From Eledone cirrhosa (lineage: Eukaryota), in assembly GCA_964016885.1 (NCBI GenBank), contig OZ024760.1, positions 12,772,001-12,836,000 on the forward strand: a DNA stretch of 64,000 nt, in the 5' to 3' direction. A program made the translations under genes and the position numbers. Within the stretch, counting starts at the first letter, position 1. Every line of letters begins with the position of its first letter. This document shows, in pieces, positions 55,020 through 64,000 of this stretch. The notes below the pieces were generated by a model. That model was not told the origin of the DNA. It worked only from the letters and a program-made list of their open reading frames with translations, and made no database searches.

Positions 55020-57440
55020 GCCATTCAGTGCATCTTTCCTTCCATCCCCACCAAAGACCAGCTAAGCTCATGGATGTTATCCAACTATCTTGTTTGAGGT
55101 CTAACCCTCTGTCTCCTGTCAGTTGGTTTTCCCTGTAAAATCCATCCAGTGATTCTTTCATGAGACATTCTAACCACATGACCATAATATTGGAGCTGTG
55201 ATCTCTCAATTCTGAGAAGTTGTGGTTCTACCTGGAGTGACTCCAGTGATTCTTTCATGAGACATTCTAACCACATGACCATAATATTGGAGCTGTGATC
55301 TCTCAATTCTGAGAAGTTGTGGTTCTACCTGGAGTGACTCCAGTGATTCTTTCATGAGACATTCTAACCACATGACCATAATATTGGAGCTGTGATCTCT
55401 CAATTCTGAGAAGTTGTGGTTCTACCTGGAGTGACTCCAGTGATTCTTTCATGAGACATTCTAACCACATGACCATAATATTGGAGCTGTGATCTCTCAA
55501 TTCTGAGAAGTTGTGGCTCTACCTGGAGTGACTCCAGTGATTCTTTCATGAGACATTCTTACCACATGACCATAATATTGGAGCTGTGATCTCTCAATTC
55601 TGAGAAGTTGTGGCTCTACCTGGAGTGACTCCAGTGATTCTTTCATGAGACATTCTTACCACATGACCATAATATTGGAGCTGTGATCTCTCAATTCTGA
55701 GAAGTTGTGGCTCTACCAGGAGTGACTCCAGTGATTCTTTCATGAGACATTCTAACCACATGACCATAATATTGGAGCTGTGATCTCTCAATTCTGAGAA
55801 GTTGTGGCTCTACCAGGAGTGACTCCAGTGATTCTTTCATGAGACATTCTTACCACATGACCATAATATTGGAGCTGTGATCTCTCAATTCTGAGAAGTT
55901 GTGGCTCTACCTGGAGTGACTCCAGTGATTCTTTCATGAGACATTCTAACCACATGACCATAATATTGGAGCTGTGATCTCTCAATTCTGAGAAGTTGTG
56001 GCTCTACCAGGAGTGACTCCAGTGATTCTTTCATGAGACATTCTAACCACATGACCATAATATTGGAGCTGTGATCTCTCAATTCTGAGAAGTTGTGGCT
56101 CTACCAGGAGTGACTCCAGTGATTCTTTCATGAGACATTCTAACCACATGACCATAATATTGGAGCTGTGATCTCTCAATTCTGAGAAGTTGTGGCTCTA
56201 CCAGGAGTGACTCCAGTGATTCTTTCATGAGACATTCTAACCACATGACCATAATATTGGAGCTGTGATCTCTCAATTCTGAGAAGTTGTGGCTCTACCA
56301 GGAGTGACTCCAGTGATTCTTTCATGAGACATTCTAACCACATGACCATAATATTGGAGCTGTGATCTCTCAATTCTGAGAAGTTGTGGCTCTACCTGGA
56401 GTGACTCCAGTGATTCTTTCATGAGACATTCTAACCACATGACCATAATATTGGAGCTGTGATCTCTCAATTCTGAGAAGTTGTGGCTCTACCTGGAGTG
56501 ACTCCAGTGATTCTTTCATGAGACATTCTAACCACATGACCATAATATTGGAGCTGTGATCTCTCAATTCTGAGAAGTTGTGGCTCTACCTGGAGTGACT
56601 CCAGTGATTCTTTCATGAGACATTCTAACCACATGACCATAATATTGGAGCTGTGATCTCTCAATTCTGAGAAGTTGTGGCTCTACCAGGAGTGACTCCA
56701 GTGATTCTTTCATGAGACATTCTAACCACATGACCATAATATTGGAGCTGTGATCTCTCAATTCTGAGAAGTTGTGGCTCTACCAGGAGTGACTCCAGTG
56801 ATTCTTTCATGAGACATTCTTACCATATGACCATAATATTGGAGCTGTGATCTCTCAATTCTGAGAAGTTGTGGTTCTACCTGCAGTGACTCTTGATCTC
56901 TGAACTATGCATTCTATTGAGTAACATTACTCCAAAGACCCTTTGGTGGAACCTCATTCTAACCTCATACCGTAATATCGTAGCTGTCATCTCTCAAGTT
57001 GGAGAAGTAGCAGCTCTAGCCGGAGTGACTCTTTGATCTCCGAGCTACACACTCTATCAAGTAATGTTACTACAAAGACCCTTCAGAGGCACCCCATTTT
57101 GGCCACGTGTAAAGTTGGGGCTCTACCGAGAGTGACTCTCTAATTTCCTAGCTACACACTCTAACATTACTCCAAAGACCCTTCGGAGGAACCCCGTTTC
57201 TGCTGCTTGTGAAGCAGGGGCTCTATCTGTTGTGACTCTGATCTCCGGGCTACACACTCTATTGAGTAACATTACACCAAAGACACTTCAGAGGAACCCC
57301 GTTTCTGCTGCTTGTAAAGCAGGGGCTTTATCTGTTGTGACTGATCTCCGGGCTACACACTCTATTGAGTAACATTACACCAAAGACACTTCAGAGGAGC
57401 CCCATTTCGGATGCTTGTTTTTGCAATCATATTCTTTTAT
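55020..57440 (-). mobile_element. RTE (Expander/Rex3-like) LINE 3' remnant
   Basis: LQVEPQLLRIERSQLQYYGHVVRMSHERITGWILQGKPTDRRQRVRPQTR resembles the VEPLLL.IERSQLRW.GH..RM..RPRGRPRTRW C-terminus of RTE ORFs. Confidence 0.8.
55145..56892. repeat. 97-bp tandem array, 18 near-identical copies, made of RTE coding sequence
   Basis: Exact 97-bp period (ORF starts at 55209, 55306 ... 56761). Confidence 0.95.
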
Positions 57441-58039
57441 TCTTTCGGGAACTGTCAACAAGTTTAATATGAAAGACTTAACTGTTAAAAAGGATATATC
57501 AATATACTGGCAGGAAGTATTTACTTTCACAGAACCGGTTTTTCATAACACACATCTAAAACTTAGACGATTATTAACAACTAAATTCTATATCATCCTA
57601 TCTGTTTCAACTTCCATGGTTGTTGACCAACAAGGATAGTAGTTGTTTTTATTATATTTTATTTTATTTTATTTGAATGTTATTTTTTATTTTATTTTAA
57701 TTTTATTTTATTTGAATGTTATTTTTTTAATTTTTTTTTTATTTCATTTTATTTAAATGTTACTTTTTAGTTGTTGCTTATCATTACTGTTCTTACTATG
57801 GAGGGTTTTATGTTGTCAATGTTGTGGAATTTACTAAGTTTGTTGTTGTTGTTATTGTTGTTGTTGTTGTTGTTGTCGGTGTGGTTTTTTTTTAAATTTT
57901 ATTATTTGTATAGTTGAAGTCATCATCCGAAATGGAAATGTCGTGACCTTATAAATGTCACTGTCGAAATGTTGTCTTCTGATTGCACCTTATAAATAAA
58001 ATTTCACTTTGACATTCCCAACATTTTCTCAGTAGTTTT

Positions 58040-58409
58040 CCTGTCATTCAACAGTCAGTTGACAGAACTGGTTGAGCAGAAGTTCTCAAGGTGGGAGCTA
58101 CTGTGTGTCCCCCTCCCACCCCCTGCGGGCATTGAGAAGGTCCAGGGGGCACTGGTGCCTAAGGGGGGGGCGGGGGGCGGTAGACAACGACAGTCCATCG
58201 ACTTTCGGACCGTCAAATCGGACCGAGAAAACGATCTTTCCATTGGTATTTCTAATTGCTAATACTCTCTATCGGTCGCAACTCCAGGTAGAAGGAGCAA
58301 TGTGAAATAAAGTGTCTTGTTCAAGGACATAATGCATCGCATGGTCCGGGAATCGAACTCACAACCTCACGATTGCGAATCCAATTCTCTAACCACTCAG
58401 CCACACGCG
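58040..58409 (-). mobile_element. CORE-type SINE with a different body (family C)
   Basis: Minus strand A box TGGCTGAGTGG, B box GAGTTCGATTCC, CORE CCTTGAACAAGACACTT. Confidence 0.75.
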
Positions 58410-59144
58410 GTAGAGATGATGTAATAGTATATTAAATATCAAATGATAGATATCATATATAAATATAGTAAAATAAGAAATATAACTGTTGATCAATCAA
58501 TGATAAACATTGATTACCAGCTGAATTAATTAGAGAAATATCAAATATGCTGAAGCGAAAACCAACCCAAGCCAAACAGTGAGTGTATTTTACTATATAT
58601 TTCTGGCAATATTATAATAACGTTACCCTCTCCAAATATAACAATATATATATATATTTATTTATACATAGTATATAATATATTATTTATTATATATAAA
58701 TTAACAATTTTATTTATTTTATTTATTATATTATTATTTACAATTTTAGTGTAGACAGGTCCCTCTTGAAATAGTTTTGGTGCGTAATGAGGACATTACG
58801 TGGCCGTGAGAGGGTGGCCCAACAAGTTTGAGAACCTCTGCATTAGAGCATCAGACAAAGTGCCTTGTAGTGTTAGTTGTGGTTCGTATATTCTGAGTTC
58901 AAACCCTGCCATAAGTAATTTTGTTCGAACACATCAAACAAAACAAACATTTTGCTCTAATTGCTCCCAATTTTCTATAATATGCCCTGCCCTGACAATA
59001 TCTATGTAGGTGTGAGGTTTAAGATAAGATAGATTCTAATGTTAGATACATAGAGCTACCTCTAATTAGTATAATTACTAAATTAAAGCATTGAAATTGT
59101 TAATTATTCTTAATCTCTAATTAATTATTAAATAATTCCTGATA

Positions 59145-59570
59145 TGTGGTGGTGGTAGTGGTGGTGGTAGAGGTGGTGGTGGTGGTGGTAGTGGTGGTGG
59201 TGCTGGTGTTGGTGTGGTGCTGGTGTTAGTGGTGGTAGAGGTGGTGGTGGTGGTGTTAGTGGTGGTGGTAGAGGTGGTGGTGGTGGTGGTAGTGGTGGTG
59301 GTGGTGTTGGTGTGGTGCTGGTGTTAGTGGTGGTAGAGGTGGTGGTGGTGGTGGTGGTAGAGGTGGTGGTGGTGGTGGTGTTGGTGTGGTGGTGGTGGTG
59401 GTAGTAGTAGTAGTAGTGGTGATGATAGTAGTAGTGGTGGTGTTAGTAGTAGTAGTGGTGGTGGTAGTAGTGGTGGTGGTGGTGGTGGTTGTGGTGGTAC
59501 TTGTGGTGGTGGTAGTGGTTGTAGGAGTAGTAGTGGTGGTAATAGTAGTGGTGGTGGTGCTGCTGCTGCT
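59145..59570. repeat. (GGT/AGT)n trinucleotide repeat
   Basis: Direct. Confidence 0.95.
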
Positions 59571-59992
59571 GCTCTCTCTCTCTCTCTCCCTTCCTGTAGG
59601 TCTCAGCTCCACCGTCACCCTAAGCAATCTATCAATGCCACTATTACAATACTATTAGTTATATCTGTTATTTGAAATCAACTTCCCTGACCCACTGACA
59701 CCATTAACACAACCCATAGACAGTCAACCTGCTAGAAATAGCAGGAAGAGGGTCTTAACGTTTCAGACGCAAGTCCTTCATCAGAATATATGCATATATA
59801 TAAATACACACACACACATATATATATCTATACACACACACATATATATCATCATCATCATCATGTAAGAGGTACCATATATCATCATCATCATCATGTA
59901 AGAGGTACCATATCCAGTTTAGTATGAAATAAAAGAGCGTATGTTTTTGAAATGGCCGGTTCATCCAATAATAGCAATAATAATAATAATAA

Positions 59993-60370
59993 TTGTTTCT
60001 ACTTTAGGCACAAGGCCAGCAATTACCCAGTGCATTACTGGTACTTTATTTTATCGACCCCGTAAGGATGAAAGGCAAAGTTAACTTCGGCGGGATTTGA
60101 ACTCAGAATGGCAAGGGCCGTAACTCTATACATCAAAGCATGGCGGCCGACCCTCTCCCAATACTGTTAATCCAAATAATTGTTTCTACTTTTGGCACAA
60201 GGCCAGCTATTACCCCAGTGTATTACTGGTACTTTATTTTATCGACCCTGTAAGGTTGAAAGGCAAAGTTAACCTTGGCAGGATTCGAACTCAGAACGGC
60301 AAGGGCCGTAACTCTATGCGTCAAAGCATGGCGTCTGATCTTCTACCGATACTGCCAATCCACTGCCCTT
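59993..60370 (-). mobile_element. Two tandem SINE family A copies
   Basis: 59993-60174 and 60178-60370 each match the reverse complement of 15011-15200. Confidence 0.85.
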
Positions 60371-60385
60371 AATAATAATAATAAT

Positions 60386-61483
60386 GTCATAAGTGCAGTA
60401 AATTCCCGAGCTGTGTCTATTATTAGGTAGAGTGCAGCAATTCTGAAATGGAATGTTGCTGAACAAAAAGAAATGGATAGGAAGACTAGGAAGCTATTGA
60501 CTATCTACAACATGTTCCACAAGAGGAGTGATGTCGATAGACTCTACTTAAAGAGATCTGAAGGTGGAAGAGGTCTTATCAGCATAGAGGACTGTGTTCA
60601 GATGGAGAAAAACAACCTGCACAAATATGTGACTGACAGTAGGGTGCCAATGCTCAAAATTGTACTGAAGGAGAAGACAATAGACCAGGGGATGTCCAAG
60701 GAGGAAATAACAACAAGGAGAAAGAGCAACCTTCATGAAAAATCCCTTCATAGCACCTTCTTTAAGAAAACGGAATTTAGAGATCCACAGACATGGAACT
60801 GGTTAAAAACCCTCAGAACAAAGTGGGTGAAACACCATATTTACAAGGTGGAGGCTAGCCCACTGTATAGGATCTGTGGAGAGAGAGTGGAGACTGTGGC
60901 TCACATTGTATCCGAGTGTAAACACCTAGCCCAGACTCACTATAAAGGGTGGAGACATGATGTGATGGGCAGGGTGATCCACTGGCACCTATGCAAAGTA
61001 AACAATTTACGACATTCTGAGAAGTGGTATGAGCATAAACCAGAGTCGGTGATAGAAAACGATCAGGTGAAGGTGCTAGAACACAATAGGCCTGACCTGG
61101 TGGTTTTGGACAAGGAAAAAAGATCATGCCTGATTGTAGATGTAGCCTGACTCTTTGACACAAGAGTGCAAGAAAAGGAGAGGGAGAAAATTAACCGATA
61201 CCAGGATTTAAAGTGGGAGGTAAAAAGGATTTGGATCTGCCATGAAATCAAGGTCGTCCCAATTGTCATAGGAGCACTAGGTACTATCTCAAAGAGTTTC
61301 CAAGGATGGTTAAAGAAGATTAGTCCAGCCCCGCTTTTTGGAACACTTCAAAAGGCATGCTTGCTGGGAACAGCAAGCACCCCTCCGATACGTCCTGAAT
61401 ATCTGAGGCTGCAGGTAGTGGCTTGATATTCATTTCAACAAACTTTCCAGTTAAATAACATCAATGACTGAGACTCAAAGAAC
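60386..61483 (+). mobile_element. 5'-truncated, pseudogenised R4/Dong-clade non-LTR retrotransposon (RT C-terminus, CCHC finger, RLE endonuclease)
   Basis: MDRKTRK..DVDRLYLKRSEGGRGL; YRICGERVETVAHIVSEC; WRHD; NRPDLVVLDK..IVDVA*..EKINRYQDL; VVPIVIGALG. In-frame stops at ~60428 and 61148. Flanked by (TAA)n at 60370-60385 and 61484-61505. Confidence 0.9.
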
Positions 61484-62104
61484 AATAATAATAATAATAA
61501 TAATATCATCCTTTATCATATCAATAATAATAATAATAATATTGATATGATAATGGATGACAGTAACAATTAGAGGTAAAAGAATGAATAGAAATAGTGT
61601 ATAATATATTTATATATATATATAATTTAATATAATATATATATATATAAATAAATGTAATATTTATATAAATATAATATATCATATATTAATACAATAT
61701 GCTAGCGTGGAAGATAGATGTTAAACGAAGATGATGATACATTGCATCATCATCATCATCATCATTTTTATATATATATAAATAAATATATAGGCATATA
61801 TATATAAATGAATATGATATATATATAAATATAAATGAATATGATACATATATATATATATAAATATAAATGAATATGATACATATATATATATATATAT
61901 AAATGAATATGATATATATATAAATGAATATGATACATATATATATATATATATATAAATGAATATGATATATATATAAATGAATATGATACATATATAT
62001 ATATATATATATAAATGAATATGATATATATATAAATGAATATGATACATATATATAAATGAATATGATACATGATATATATATATAAATAAATACATAT
62101 ATAT

Positions 62105-62137
<33 letters not shown>

Positions 62138-62323
62138 AATAAATCCTATATATATATATATACACACATATATATATAAATGAATATGATACATGATATA
62201 TATATATATATATAAATCCTATATATACATATATATATATACACACATATATATATATAAATAAGAGAGATAGATAGAGTGAGAGAGAGAGATAGATAGA
62301 TAGATAGATAGACAGAGAGAGAT

Positions 62324-62425
<102 letters not shown>

Positions 62426-62680
62426 AGTCTATAAGTACAGACCGCCAGGATTTGTTCATTCATATCTCCACTGCTTTGTTAAAAGCTAAAAAATGAAAAA
62501 GGACGCTACTATTGGAGAGGAAATTATAGGTAGTCATAATACAAGCCATAAATATATATATATTGGATATTTTTAGCATATTGACCAAGCTAATAATAAT
62601 TCTAAGAGAAGAGGATTATTTAAACAGACTGGGCCATTCTACAGCAATACTGATAGATATATAGTTATAAACACTCACAG

Positions 62681-62724
<44 letters not shown>

Positions 62725-63180
62725 ATATATATATATATATCCATATATATATATATATATATATCCATATATATATATATATATATATCCATATATATAT
62801 ATATATCCATATATATATCTATATATATCCATATATATATCTATATATATCCATATATATATATATATCCATATATACATATATATATATCCATATATAC
62901 ATATATATATATATCCATATATATATATATACATATATCCATATATACATATATATATATATCCATATATATATATATACATATATCCATATATACATAT
63001 ATATATATATACATATATCCATATATACATATATCCATATATACATATACACATATATATACATATCCATATATACATATACATATATATATATATACAT
63101 ATATACATATATATATCCATATATACATATATATATCCATATATACATATATATATATAAATATATATATATATATGTAT

Positions 63181-63352
63181 ATAGGAGAAAGTATGACCCC
63201 GATGGCAGAGCTCAACCCGTTTCGACAGCTATAACGGCTTGAGCTCTGCCGTCGGGGGTCATACTTTCTCCTATTACCCACTCCATTACCCTAAGTATTG
63301 AGTACTCTGGTGCGTTATGGTCCATCTGGTTCCTTACCACACTTCCTTTGTT
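63181..63352 (+). mobile_element. Fold-back element, copy 4 of 4
   Basis: ATAGGAGAAAGTATGACCCCGA...TCGGGGGTCATACTTTCTCCTAT inverted arms plus the family tail; flanked by (TA)n. Confidence 0.8.
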
Positions 63353-63521
63353 ATATATATATATATATATTCATCATCATCATTGTCTAACATCCATCTT
63401 CCATGCTAGCATGGTTTAGGCGGGTTTGTCCCATTTGAGGCAAGTTGGATTGGGTGACTGTGTCTCGCTCCTATAGGACTGTTTCTGGGTGGTTTTCTAT
63501 GGCTGGATGCCCTTCCTAACA

Positions 63522-63566
<45 letters not shown>

Positions 63567-63639
63567 GACTACACCCTTGAAAAAGCTTGCTGCCACAGTC
63601 AGGATGTTACTTATCACATGGGAACTCCTGAAACTTCTT

Positions 63640-64000
63640 CCCACCACAATCAACATTCATAAACCTAACATGTCGACACCAGTGCAGTCTTCTCTCTTGG
63701 AGACTACATTTGGTTCTTCTTATACCCAGCTCTTCTTTGGTCTTTCTCTGCTGCAGCTACTTTCCACTAGGAACTCCTCTCAACATTCATAAACCTAACA
63801 TGTCGACACCAGTGCAGTCTTCTCTCTTGGAGACTACATTTGGTTCTTCTTATACCCAGCTCTTCTTTGGTCTTTCTCTGTTGCAGCTACTTTCCACTAG
63901 GAACTCCTCTCAACATGTCGACACCAGTGCAGTACTCTACATTTGGTTCCTCTTGTACCCAGGTCTTGTTTGGTCTTCTTCTGCTGCAGTTTCCTGGCAC
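63640..64000 (-). repeat. 130-bp tandem repeat (2+ copies) built from rearranged RTE C-terminal coding sequence
   Basis: AAACCTAACATGTCGACACC at 63661 and 63791; minus strand encodes LQERRLHWCRHVRFM and SRERPKKSW. Confidence 0.7.

Noticed and set aside
55145-56892. CRISPR-like or multi-gene peptide array
   Set aside because: The units are contiguous near-identical 97-mers with no unique spacers, and they are RTE coding debris in a eukaryotic context.

Overview
AT-rich, extremely microsatellite-dense eukaryotic non-coding DNA. It is most consistent with an octopus/cephalopod genome (inference from the tRNA-derived CORE-type SINEs, RTE-type (GAT)n tails and repeat density). No host protein-coding gene can be supported, and nearly all listed ORFs are translations of (TA)n/(CA)n/(GTT)n repeats. 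Recognisable content: one tRNA-Phe(GAA) gene or pseudogene (10525-10597, -); a 5'-truncated R4/Dong-clade non-LTR retrotransposon inside a (TAA)n tract (60386-61483); RTE- and CRE-type LINE remnants; many SINE copies; piggyBac-like MITEs; and several minisatellites that are tandem amplifications of LINE/SINE fragments. Three things stand out. (i) Type I hammerhead ribozyme motifs occur in (TA)n-embedded Penelope-like termini, and one pair shows pairing-preserving substitutions (17706-17776, 18640-18710). (ii) A four-copy family folds back on itself just upstream of a hammerhead-like GAAAC...GTC half. (iii) A twice-present element has long inverted arms, each carrying a tRNA-like Pol III unit facing the other (28869-29316, 30873-31298). 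All family assignments are by eye and no searches were run.
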